A DNA stretch of 64,000 nt. Origin: Guillardia theta CCMP2712. Its lineage: Eukaryota > Protista > Cryptophyta. The notes under the pieces are model-generated. The model did no database searches. It worked only from the letters and a program-made list of their open reading frames with translations, and had not been told where the DNA came from. The DNA lies in the NCBI RefSeq assembly GCF_000315625.1, contig NW_005434612.1:267038-331037 (forward strand), written 5' to 3'. Position numbers and translations under genes: made by a program. Positions 12,988 to 24,137 of this stretch are shown here, one piece after another; positions within the stretch are counted from its first letter, which is position 1; every line of letters starts with the position of its first letter.

Positions 12988-13997
12988 GGTGTGGTGTCTG
13001 CTGCGGGATCAGAGTCGAGGAGGGAGCAAACTGGCCGTGGCTGTGCCGTGTGCCGTGAGCCAGGAATATCCTTGTTCTATGCACCAGTAAGGAGCCATGC
13101 ATCAGCAGGTCACGCGGATCGACTCCTTGAATGAGTGAAGGAGGCGGAGAAGGTCCTTACTACAGATGCCAATGGTCATTGCTGACGGTATAAAACTAAG
13201 ATTCCGATTTCCGGACTCGGGGTCGGCCGGGACTCGGACCTGTCATGGCCCAGGATTGTTGCGGCCCGGCATCAGAGGCCGCGGCGGGTACTCAACCGTC
13301 CGACGCCGGACTCACCGTGGCACTGCCCTGAGCGACGTCAGCCCAAGCCTTCCATCCCGCGTTTACGGTTCAATCGGTTGTCGCAGCCATCATTGCTGGC
13401 CCTAGGTTCCCGAGTTCCGAGTTTCAGCGACGTCTGCTGCATGCGGCAGTGCCCGTCTGATCCTGCCCGCAGTCAAGTGAGCAGTGGGAATGAGGATTGG
13501 AGTAGGCTCTTTCTCTGTCCGACGGACGCATCTGATCCCCGCGCTCGGAAGATCTCGTGGAGGGTCGTGAGGCCCGACTGTGATGAGTGAGCATGCTCGA
13601 TCAGGGAAGAAGCTATCTTACAGCAGAGATCTCCCTTGAGGTGCATGATGGGGAGACAGCTGAAGCTGAGTCATGAGACTTGGCCAGCACACACTGCTGT
13701 GTGATAGTGGCATCCTTGGCCGCGTGGGCAGTCGTAGTGACGTAGTGACGTGATTTCTCGCTTGTCAATGGCATGCCAGCACTCGCCCGATCAACGCGAG
13801 AGCAGGTGGTCAGTGCCTTGATGCTTCCAATTGAAGAAAGCGTACAAGAGAACTTGCAGGAACCAATCACCAATGCAGCATCAGCCAGATCTCTCTCTCT
13901 CTTTCCATGCCGTTTATTATACAAGCGGTCCCTCCCTCCCTATCGTACATCCCTTCTTATCCCTCCCTCATCGCCCCTCTTCTCTCCCTCCTCCCCC

Positions 13998-14321
13998 TCA
14001 TAGCTGCATCCGCTGGCCCGTCGCGCTCGTGATCACGGGTCGCTCCGGTGAGGTGAGCAGCCGGATGCAGTGCTCCAGTGCCTGGAGCTGCCTCTGTCGG
14101 CTCGGCATCCTCTCCAGCGCCTGCATGCGCCTCGCCTCGTAGGACTCGGCCGTGTCGAGCTCCTTGCTGCGCCTGCTCGCTGGCAGGGGAGAGAGCGGAG
14201 AGGCCAGGCTCTGCTGTGAGCTCAGCTCGCTCTCGTCGTCATGGTCATGGACGAGGAGGGCGCTGAAGTCAGCCTGGATGGTGGGGAGGTCTTGGAGGCT
14301 CTGGCTGGTGTGCATTCTCAT
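13998..14321 (-). CDS. 107-aa unknown protein, copy 3
   Basis: Translation identical to copy 1. Confidence 0.7.
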   Translation of the reverse strand: MRMHTSQSLQDLPTIQADFSALLVHDHDDESELSSQQSLASPLSPLPASRRSKELDTAESYEARRMQALERMPSRQRQLQALEHCIRLLTSPERPVITSATGQRMQL

Positions 14322-15308
14322 GGTGTGGTGTCTGCTGCGGGATCAGAGTCGAGGAGGGAGCAAACTGGCCGTGGCTGTGCCGTGTGCCGTGAGCCAGGAA
14401 TATCCTTGTTCTATGCACTAGTAAGGAGGCGAATGTCCAGGTGTATCGGGGCCATGCATCAGCAGGTCACGCGGATCGACTCCTTGAATGAGTGAAGGAG
14501 GCGGAGAAGGTCCTTACTACAGATGCCAATGGTCATTGCTGACGGTATAAAACTAAGTGTCCGATTTCCGGACTCGGGGTCGGCCGGGACTCGGACCTGT
14601 CATGGCCCAGGACGCCGGACTCACCGTGGCACTGCCCTGAGCGACGTCAGCCCAAGCCTTCCATCCCGCGTTTACGGTTCAATCGGTTGTCGCAGCCATC
14701 ATTGCTGGCCCTAGGTTCCCGAGTTCCGAGTTTCAGCGACGTCTGCTGCATGCGGCAGTGCCCGTCTGATCCTGCCCGCAGTCAAGTGAGCAGTGGGAAT
14801 GAGGATTGGGGTAGGCTCTTTCTCTGTCCGACGGACGCATCTGATCCCCGCGCTCGGAAGATCTCGTGGAGGGTCGTGAGGCCCGACTGTGATGAGTGAG
14901 CATGCTCGATCAGGGAAGAAGCTATCTTACAGCAGAGATCTCCCTTGAGGTGCATGATGGGGAGACAGCTGAAGCTGAGTCATGAGACTTGGCCAGCACA
15001 CACTGCTGTGTGATAGTGGCATCCTTGGCCGCGTGGGCAGTCGTAGTGACGTAGTGACGTGATTTCTCGCTTGTCAATGGCATGCTCGCACTCGCCCGAT
15101 CAACGCGAGAGCAGGTGGTCAGTGCCTTGATGCTTCCAATTGAAGAAAGCGTACAAGAGAACTTGCAGGAACCAATCACCAATGCAGCATCAGCCAGATC
15201 TCTCTCTCTCTCTTTCCATGCCGTTTATTATACAAGCGGTCCCCCCCTCCCTATCGTACATCCCTTCTTATCCCTCCCTCATCGCCCCTCTTCTCTCCCT
15301 CCTCCCCC

Positions 15309-15632
15309 TCATAGCTGCATCCGCTGGCCCGTCGCGCTCGTGATCACGGGTCGCTCCGGTGAGGTGAGCAGCCGGATGCAGTGCTCCAGTGCCTGGAGCT
15401 GCCTCTGTCGGCTCGGCATCCTCTCCAGCGCCTGCATGCGCCTCGCCTCGTAGGACTCGGCCGTGTCGAGCTCCTTGCTGCGCCTGCTCGCTGGCAGGGG
15501 AGAGAGCGGAGAGGCCAGGCTCTGCTGTGAGCTCAGCTCGCTCTCGTCGTCATGGTCATGGACGAGGAGGGCGCTGAAGTCAGCCTGGATGGTGGGGAGG
15601 TCTTGGAGGCTCTGGCTGGTGTGCATTCTCAT
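15309..15632 (-). CDS. 107-aa unknown protein, copy 4
   Basis: Translation identical to copy 1. Confidence 0.7.
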   Translation of the reverse strand: MRMHTSQSLQDLPTIQADFSALLVHDHDDESELSSQQSLASPLSPLPASRRSKELDTAESYEARRMQALERMPSRQRQLQALEHCIRLLTSPERPVITSATGQRMQL

Positions 15633-16606
15633 GGTGTGGTGTCTGCTGCGGGATCAGAGTCGAGGAGGGAGCAAACTGGCCGTGGCTGTGCCGTGTGCCG
15701 TGAGCCAGGAATATCCTTGTTCTATGCACCAGTAAGGAGGCGAATTTCCAGGTGTATCGGGGCCATGCATCAGCAGGTCACGCGGATCGACTCCTTGAAT
15801 GAGTGAAGGAGGCGGAGAAGGTCCTTACTACAGATGCCAATGGTCATTGCTGACGGTATAAAACTAAGATTCCGATTTCCGGACTCGGGGTCGGCCGGGA
15901 CTCGGACCTGTCATGGCCCAGGATTGTTGCGGCCCGGCATCAGAGGCCCGCGGCGGGTACTCAACCGTCCGACGCCGGACTCACCGTGGCACTGCCCTGA
16001 GCGACGTCAGCCCAAGCCTTCCATCCCGCGTTTACGGTTCAATCGGTTGTCGCAGCCATCATTGCTGGCCCTAGGTTCCCGAGTTCCGAGTTTCAGCGAC
16101 GTCTGCTGCATGCGGCAGTGCCCGTCTGATCCTGCCCGCAGTCAAGTGAGCAGTGGGAATGAGGATTGGAGTAGGCTCTTTCTCTGTCCGACGGACGCAT
16201 CTGATCCCCGCGCTCGGAAGATCTCGTGGAGGGTCGTGAGGCCCGACTGTGATGAGTGAGCATGCTCGATGAAGCTGAGTCATGAGACTTGGCCAGCACA
16301 CACTGCTGTGTGATAGCATGATGGGGAGACAGCTGGGCAGTCGTAGTGACGTAGTGAGCACACACTGCTGTGTGATAGTGGCATCCTTGGCCGCGTGGGC
16401 AGTCGTAGTGACGTAGTGACGTGATTTCTCGCTTGTCAATGGCAGAAAGCGTACAAGAGAACTTGCAGGAACCAATCACCAATGCAGCATCAGCCAGATC
16501 TCTCTCTCTCTTTCCATGCCGTTTATTATACAAGCGGTCCCCCCCTCCCTATCGTACATCCCTTCTTATCCCTCCCTCATCGCCCCTCTTCTCTCCCTCC
16601 TCCCCC

Positions 16607-16930
16607 TCATAGCTGCATCCGCTGGCCCGTCGCGCTCGTGATCACGGGTCGCTCCGGTGAGGTGAGCAGCCGGATGCAGTGCTCCAGTGCCTGGAGCTGC
16701 CTCTGTCGGCTCGGCATCCTCTCCAGCGCCTGCATGCGCCTCGCCTCGTAGGACTCGGCCGTGTCGAGCTCCTTGCTGCGCCTGCTCGCTGGCAGGGGAG
16801 AGAGCGGAGAGGCCAGGCTCTGCTGTGAGCTCAGCTCGCTCTCGTCGTCATGGTCATGGACGAGGAGGGCGCTGAAGTCAGCCTGGATGGTGGGGAGGTC
16901 TTGGAGGCTCTGGCTGGTGTGCATTCTCAT
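16607..16930 (-). CDS. 107-aa unknown protein, copy 5
   Basis: Translation identical to copy 1. Confidence 0.7.
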   Translation of the reverse strand: MRMHTSQSLQDLPTIQADFSALLVHDHDDESELSSQQSLASPLSPLPASRRSKELDTAESYEARRMQALERMPSRQRQLQALEHCIRLLTSPERPVITSATGQRMQL

Positions 16931-18028
16931 GGTGTGGTGTCTGCTGCGGGATCAGAGTCGAGGAGGGAGCAAACTGGCCGTGTCTGTGCCGTGTGCCGTG
17001 AGCCAGGAATATCCTAGTTCTATGCACTAGTAAGGAGGTGAATTTCCAGGTGTATCGGGGCCATGCATCAGCAGGTCACGCGGATCGACTCCTTGAATGA
17101 GTGAAGGAGGCGGAGAAGATCCTTACTACAGATGCCAATGGTCATTGCTGACGGTATAAAACTAAGATTCCGATTTCCGGACTCGGGGTCGGCCGGGACT
17201 CGGACCTGTCATGGCCCAGGATTGTTGCGGCCCGGCATCAGAGGCCGCGGCGGATACTCAACCGTCCGACGCCGGACCCACTGCCGGCCACGCCGGAATC
17301 CGATGCTCCGACACTATAACAACAGTTGAGGAAGAGATCTGAGGTTATTCGAGCAACCTGAGGGGCGTCAGCCCAAGCCTTCCATCCCGCGTTTACGGTT
17401 CAATCGGTTATCGCAGCCATCATTGCTGGTAGGTTCCCGAGTTCCGAGTTTCAGCGACGTCTGCGGCATGCGGCCGTGCCCGTCTGATCCTGCCCGCAGT
17501 CAAGTGACTCTCAGCAGTGGGAATGCGGATGGGGGTTAGCTCTCTCTCTGTCCGACGGACGCATCTGATCCCCGCGCTCGGAAGATCTCGTGGAGGGTCA
17601 TGAAGCCCGACTGTGTTGAGTGAGCATGCTCGCCCAAGGAAGAAGCTATCTTGCAGAGATCTCCCTTGAGGTGCATGATGGGTGGAGACAGCTGAAGCTG
17701 AGTCATGAGATTTGGACAGCACGGCTAATGAGTGTTAGTGGCATCCTTGGCCGCGTGGGCAGTCGTAGTGCCGTAGTGACGTGATTTCTCGCTTGTCAAT
17801 GGCATGCTCGCACTCGCCCGATCAAAGCAAGAGCAGGCGGTCACTGCCTTGATGCTCCCGACTGAAGAAGGCGTACAAGAGAACTTGAAGGATCCAACCA
17901 ACAATGCAGCATCAGCCAGATCTCTCTCTCTCTTTCCATGCCGTTTATTATACAAGCGGTCCCCCCCTCCCTATCGTACATCCCTTCTTATCCCTCCCTC
18001 ATCGCCCCTCTTCTCTCCCTCCTCCCCC

Positions 18029-18352
18029 TCATAGCTGCATCCGCTGGCCCGTCGCGCTCGTGATCACGGGTCGCTCCGGTGAGGTGAGCAGCCGGATGCA
18101 GTGCTCCAGTGCCTGGAGCTGCCTCTGTCGGCTCGGCATCCTCTCCAGCGCCTGCATGCGCCTCGCCTCGTAGGACTCGGCCGTGTCGAGCTCCTTGCTG
18201 CGCCTGCTCGCTGGCAGGGGAGAGAGCGGAGAGGCCAGGCTCTGCTGTGAGCTCAGCTCGCTCTCGTCGTCATGGTCATGGACGAGGAGGGCGCTGAAGT
18301 CAGCCTGGATGGTGGGGAGGTCTTGGAGGCTCTGGCTGGTGTGCATTCTCAT
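18029..18352 (-). CDS. 107-aa unknown protein, copy 6
   Basis: Translation identical to copy 1. Confidence 0.7.
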   Translation of the reverse strand: MRMHTSQSLQDLPTIQADFSALLVHDHDDESELSSQQSLASPLSPLPASRRSKELDTAESYEARRMQALERMPSRQRQLQALEHCIRLLTSPERPVITSATGQRMQL

Positions 18353-18887
18353 GGTGTGGTGTCTGCTGCGGGATCAGAGTCGAGGAGGGAGCAAACTGGC
18401 CGTGGCTGTGCCGTGTGCCGTGAGCCAGGAATATCCTTGTTCTATGCACCAGTAAGGAGGTGAATTTCCAGGTGTATCGGGGCCATGCATCAGCAGGTCA
18501 CGCGGATCGACTCCTTGAATGAGTGAAGGAGGCGGAGAAGATCCTTACTACAGATGCCAATGGTCATCGCTGACGGTATAAAACTAAGATTCCGATTTCC
18601 GGACTCGGGGTCGGCCGGGACTCGGACCTGTCATGGCCCAGGATTGTTGCGGCCCGGCATCAGAGGCCGCGGCGGATACTCAACCGTCCGACGCCGGACC
18701 CACTGCCGGCCACGCCGGAATCCGATGCTCCGACACTATAACAACAGTTGAGGAAGAGATCTGAGGTTATTCGAGCAACCTGAGGGGCGTCAGCCCAAGC
18801 CTTCCATCCCGCGTTTACGGTTCAATCGGTTATCGCAGCCATCATTGCTGGTAGGTTCCCGAGTTCCGAGTTTCAGCGACGTCTGCG

Positions 18888-18987
18888 NNNNNNNNNNNNN
18901 NNNNNNNNNNNNNNNNNNNNNNNNNNNNNNNNNNNNNNNNNNNNNNNNNNNNNNNNNNNNNNNNNNNNNNNNNNNNNNNNNNNNNNN
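18888..18987. other. Assembly gap (100 N) inside the last array spacer
   Basis: Run of N; the true copy number may be higher. Confidence 0.98.
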
Positions 18988-19499
18988 AGTGGGAATGCGG
19001 ATGGGGGTTAGCTCTCTCTCTGTCCGACGGACGCATCTGATCCCCGCGCTCGGAAGATCTCGTGGAGGGTCATGAGGCCCGACTGTGTTGAGTGAGCATG
19101 CTCGCCCAAGGAAGAAGCTATCTTGCAGAGAGCTCCCTTGAGGTGCATGATGGGTGGAGACAGCTGAAGCTGAGTCATGAGATTTGGACAGCACGGCTAA
19201 TGAGTGTTAGTGGCATCCTTGGCCGCGTGGGCAGTCGTAGTGACGTAGTGACGTGATTTCTCGCTTGTCAATGGCATGCTCGCACTCGCCCGATCAAAGC
19301 AAGAGCAGGCGGTCACTGCCTTGATGCTCCCGACTGAAGAAGGCGTACAAGAGAACTTGAAGGATCCAACCAACAATACAGCGTCAGCCAGATCTCTCTC
19401 TTTCTTCCATGCCGTTTATTATACAAGCGGTCCCCCCCTCCCTATCGTACATCCCTTCTTATCCCTCCCTCATCGCCCCTCTTCTCTCCCTCCTCCCCC

Positions 19500-19823
19500 T
19501 CATAGCTGCATCCGCTGGCCCGTCGCGCTCGTGATCACGGGTCGCTCCGGTGAGGTGAGCAGCCGGATGCAGTGCTCCAGTGCCTGGAGCTGCCTCTGTC
19601 GGCTCGGCATCCTCTCCAGCGCCTGCATGCGCCTCGCCTCGTAGGACTCGGCCGTGTCGAGCTCCTTGCTGCGCCTGCTCGCTGGCAGGGGAGAGAGCGG
19701 AGAGGCCAGGCTCTGCTGTGAGCTCAGCTCGCTCTCGTCGTCATGGTCATGGACGAGGAGGGCGCTGAAGTCAGCCTGGATGGTGGGGAGGTCTTGGAGG
19801 CTCTGGCTGGTGTGCATTCTCAT
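19500..19823 (-). CDS. 107-aa unknown protein, copy 7
   Basis: Translation identical to copy 1; upstream region is a diverged version of the spacer. Confidence 0.7.
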   Translation of the reverse strand: MRMHTSQSLQDLPTIQADFSALLVHDHDDESELSSQQSLASPLSPLPASRRSKELDTAESYEARRMQALERMPSRQRQLQALEHCIRLLTSPERPVITSATGQRMQL

Positions 19824-20811
19824 GGTGTGGTGTCTGCTGCGGGATCAGAGTGGAGGTGTTCTATTCATGTTTTAGAATCGGGGGCCATGCATATCCTTCT
19901 CGGTCAGCAGGTCACGCGGTACGACTCCTTTGAGTTTACTACAGAATCCACTGGTCATCGTTCCATAGGTGTAAACCCTCATGTGACCAAGTGTATTACT
20001 CATTTCTTCGGACTGGGTGTAACTACCCGATGGCTAAATATTTCAATACAACTTTACTCAAAGTTAATTTCAATATCAGTACCGGTTTTGTACCTCGTTT
20101 GAAATAAAACTCATTTGATGTAAAACGTGCCGGGCCCCCGCCGGGGATCAAGCGCCTGTGGCAACACGGAGCGGCAAGTTATCGCTAAGGTGCTGCGGTT
20201 AAGAGAAGACCTGCCACGAGTCGAGAGAACGGCGGCGATCAACAACCACAAGTCCTTGGCATGCTATGAGGACTCCCGGAGTCCGCCTAGTACCTGAGGG
20301 CCAAGTCGATCTAGCTTCAGCTGAGTACCTTGGGCAAGTGACCTTCAAGGTCGTGCTTCAGTGAGTGACTCGGACGGCGTCCTTCCAAACTGAGCTCGTG
20401 GCTGATATAGTTAAGTTGGCGGGTTCCGAAGCAACGAATCACCTCGGGGCAGGTTGAGGCTTCGGCTCACTGGCTCAGCGGCTGCATACTCTGCCAGTCG
20501 GCCTTGAATGGATTCACTGCAGGCTACCGGCGCCACAGTGGGGAAGTGACGGACATACTCACTGAGAGAGAGAGCGACTGAAAAAAAGATTGACCAGCGG
20601 TGATAGGTGAGATAAAACCGAGAGACAGCGGTACACCTCTCAACTAAAACTGGAAGGTAAATGCTCACTACTCAAACGCTCAGGAAAGGAGAAACGTAGC
20701 ATGCGATGGGAAGGCAGACAGCTGATAGGCCATGGAGGTTGAAGGGAGGAAAGTTAGATGCAACAGGACAGAGAAAAGTACATATGTAGAGATGATGGCG
20801 CTTGTCCCTGT

Positions 20812-20884
20812 GTAATCGCAGAGTGAGAAGCATTTGCTTGTGTTTGAGTAATCACAGAGTGAGAAGCATTTGCTTGTGTTTGAG
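20812..20884. repeat. 36-bp tandem duplication upstream of the subtilase gene
   Basis: gtaatc(g/a)cagagtgagaagcatttgcttgtgtttga occurs twice, with one mismatch. Confidence 0.9.
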
Positions 20885-20946
20885 GGATAACGATCTTTCT
20901 GAGTCGGTTCTGATCAGATTCTGACTTGCACGCTCAACTGATCATC

Positions 20947-22327
20947 ATGTTCGAAACCCGAAACATCTTGCTCCTCCTCCTCCTGGCCATGGCGGTGGCG
21001 GTTTCCTCCGACAAGGCCCCCGGTAAGAGGATACATCCCCAGGCTTCAGGGACGAGGAAGAAGCCTTCCAACACTGGGGAGCCACACGAGAAGGTCCTGC
21101 TGCATCAATTAAAGGGCCGTCCGCTCCTCATCCATGGAGGCAAGAATACCCTGCTAACGAGGGCGTCATTGGGGCCCAAGGCCTCCTGGAGGGACTCTTC
21201 GCTCAAGAACTCGTCCAAGTTCTACGGGGAGAGGATCTTGTTGGACTACCAGCAGTACATCGTGAGGACTGAGAACCCAGTGAGGAGAGGGCTTCTGCAG
21301 GAGCTGAGGGAGATGGAGGGGGTTGATGCGATACGATACGTTCCTTACGACACATTCATCGTGACTGCATCCCAGAAAGGGTTGCAGCAGTTGATGAGCA
21401 CGCACGGCATATCCGGGATCTTCTATCTCCCCGACGTGTTCAAGTTGGAGCCGGAGATTCGCTTCTCCTTATTCGAAGATGTCAACTACGGGAGGGGGAT
21501 GGCTGGCTTCAAGGGACGGAAGCTGATGGCGGATGAGACTGAGAATGAAGGAGATCAGTCCGTGTATGTGATCCTCGCAATCAGCGACGCGGAATGGTCC
21601 TACCAGACGGTGCAGCTCGTGTCCGACTGGGAGCAGGAGATGCAAGATCTGAACCTCGGCGTTACCTTGAAGACTGTGTCGAAGAGGAAATTGTTGGTGA
21701 AGACGAAGCAGGAGAACATGAAGACAGTCTGTCAGTTCCTGGCGCACAAGCCGCTAGTGCGGTGGATAGAGAAGAAGAGGGAGGTTTTCCTCCGCAACCG
21801 GTATGCTGTCCAGGCGCTGCAGAGCGAGGGAGCAAACATGACGAGCATTTGGAACCGAGGGATCAACGGCTCGTCCCAGATCATCGGGATAGCAGACACG
21901 GGTATGCAGTCTGCAGGAGAAGTAGAGAGAAAGGGGGAGGAGAGGAGGGTGGGGAGGAGACGAGTGGGGAGGAGGAGAGCTGGAGCAAGAGGGAAGGGGG
22001 CAGAAAAGGGAGGTGGAGAGAGGAAACCAAAACAGCACAATACGATCCAAGTGCTATTGTCTGATAGATTCGCAGGAATCGATTATGACCATTGCTTCTT
22101 CAACGACCCTTTTGAAACGGTTGCCAAGTGCACAGGGTCAGGCGATCAGGCGACGCCCTCCTGCTTGAACTATCGGCACAGAAAGATAGTCACCTACCGC
22201 AAGTTTTCCTCTACCGACTACCAGGACTACTATGGCGGACACGGAACACACGTTGCTGGCTCAGTTGCAGGTGAAGAAAGCGAGAGAGGGTGAAGAAATG
22301 ACTGCTGTTCCTGCTCCTGCTCCTGCG

Positions 22328-22358
<31 letters not shown>

Positions 22359-23141
22359 TTGCTCCTGCTCCTGCTCCTGCTCCTTCTGCCTTTTGTTTGT
22401 GTTCTCTTGCTCCCTTCCTCCCTCTTTCTTCCCTTCTTCCTTCATACTTGCATCCTCGCACTCTTGTCTGCCCGCCCTTATTTCGCTCGCATTCCATGCT
22501 CACTCCCTGCGTAGGAAACGCCTACGACGCTGACCCGACCGAGATGAACTATGCTGGCGCCTACAACGGGATGGCGCCGGGAGCGAAGATCGCGTTTGAC
22601 GACGTCGGAGACAGTAAAGGAGCGCTTCCTGGCATCCCCGACGACCTCAACACAGGGCTGTTTCCCCACTCGTATCATGCCGGAGCCAGGCTTCACTCCA
22701 ACTCCTGGGGAGCGAAGTTTGCAGGGTAAGAGATAGGTCGGAGAAGGAGCACGAGTAGAAGGAGACGGGGGGGAGGGGAAGAAGGAGAAAGAGCAGAACC
22801 ATGCATCATAAAAAGATTCAGGAGCAGAAGATTGAAAGCGTTCTTATGATGGGAGTGCACCTGGGGAGTTGGGTAGAGGCAGAGAGAGGAAGAGGGGTCT
22901 GAAGTTGGCCGCAGGTACGAGTCGATGGCGATGGAGATCGATGAATTCACGCACGATCATGATGATTTTCTGGTGCTCGTGGCGGCCGGCAACGATGGGC
23001 CTCATCCGTACAGCATCGGCACTCCAGCCACAGCAAAGAACATCCTCGCTGTGGGAGCCACTGACAACAGCCTCAAGGTTCCTTGCTAGTTCTTTTGACG
23101 ACTTGCACCGTGCTCCCGCTCCCGCCCCCGCCCCCGCCCCC

Positions 23142-23183
<42 letters not shown>

Positions 23184-24057
23184 CCTCCTCCTCCTCCTCC
23201 TCCTCCTGCTCCTCCTCCTGCTCCTGCTCGTGATCATGATCATGATCATGGCCCTCGCCTGATCCTCACCTCCGGCCTCCTCAACTGCATCCTCATCGCA
23301 CAGACCATCTCAGTGCTCCTACTTCTTTCCTCTTGCCCTGCCTTCTCCAACCTGCTCACCCCACGTCGCAGGCGAGTCAAGTGTGGGGATACTCCGTCGC
23401 CACTCAGGTCCTTGTCAATCAGTCCGTCCTCGACTTGAGCCTGCTCCCTGCCAACTTCGGCCCCCAAAGTGCAGATCATGTCACCGGCCAGCTCAGGCTT
23501 GCATCCCCAGCAGACGCCTGCTCGCCATTGGACGGAGACTTTGCAGGATCTCTCCTGCTCATCAAGCGCGGCTCCTGCTCGTTCCTGCACAAGGCGCTTA
23601 TGGCGCAGACAGCAGGTGCTAGGGCCGTCCTGATCCAGAACTCAGAGGACACGCCTGTGCTGATGACGTCAGACAACTCTTCCTCCGTCTCCATCCCCGT
23701 CTTCAGCATCTCATTCTCCGACGGCAACCGGCTCCTCTCCTCCCTCAACTCCAACATCGAGCTGCGGGGGACAACCCCCACCACCCGGGCTCACTCCCAC
23801 GAGCACCTGGTGTACTTCTCCTCCTGGGGTCCCACCTACGACTTTCGCATCAAACCTGACGTGCTCTGCCCGGGGTATCGGATCCATTCTTCTTTCTCCG
23901 ACGGGGATCCTACCTCCTTCCAGTGCGGGGCGTACGCCAACTCGGCTGGGGGCGCTCTGCTGGAGATGTCTGGCACCTCCATGGCAACTCCGCTGTGCGC
24001 CGGTTCTGCCGCTCTCGTTCGCGACTACTTCAAAGGCGGCCATCACGCAGGTTGAGT

Positions 24058-24137
<80 letters not shown>

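Larger units (their letters stand above)
11527..13015. repeat. Long inverted repeat: arms 11527-12145 and 12397-13015 (619 bp each) with a 251-bp loop
   Basis: Arms are reverse complements with no net indel (outer and inner coordinate sums both 24542) and only scattered substitutions; the ORF track shows mirrored ORFs. Confidence 0.95.
12570..19851. repeat. Tandem array of six 446-bp cores separated by related but variable spacers of ~850-1020 bp
   Basis: Cores at 12570-13015, 13904-14349, 15215-15660, 16513-16958, 17935-18380 and 19406-19851; periods 1334, 1311, 1298, 1422 and 1471 (the last spans an N gap). Confidence 0.95.

Noticed and set aside
13578-13670. Box C/D snoRNA in the spacer (GTGATGA...CTGA)
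   Set aside because: The C box is broken in spacers 4-5 (gtgttga), the interior is deleted in spacer 3, and there is no clear terminal stem.
13016-13903. 5S rRNA, snRNA or tRNA genes in the spacers
   Set aside because: No recognisable sequence or A/B/C box arrangement, and frequent indels.
13166-14003. Plus-strand spacer ORFs (MPMVIADG..., MSQPSLL..., MPALARST...)
   Set aside because: They are frameshifted or truncated differently in each unit, and many of the changes are non-synonymous.
12570-19851. CRISPR-like repeat-spacer array
   Set aside because: Repeats are 446 bp, spacers are homologous to each other, the context is eukaryotic and there are no cas genes.
11000-20600. Autonomous transposon or viral insertion explaining the array
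   Set aside because: No transposase, reverse transcriptase, integrase or capsid ORF, and no clear target-site duplication seen.
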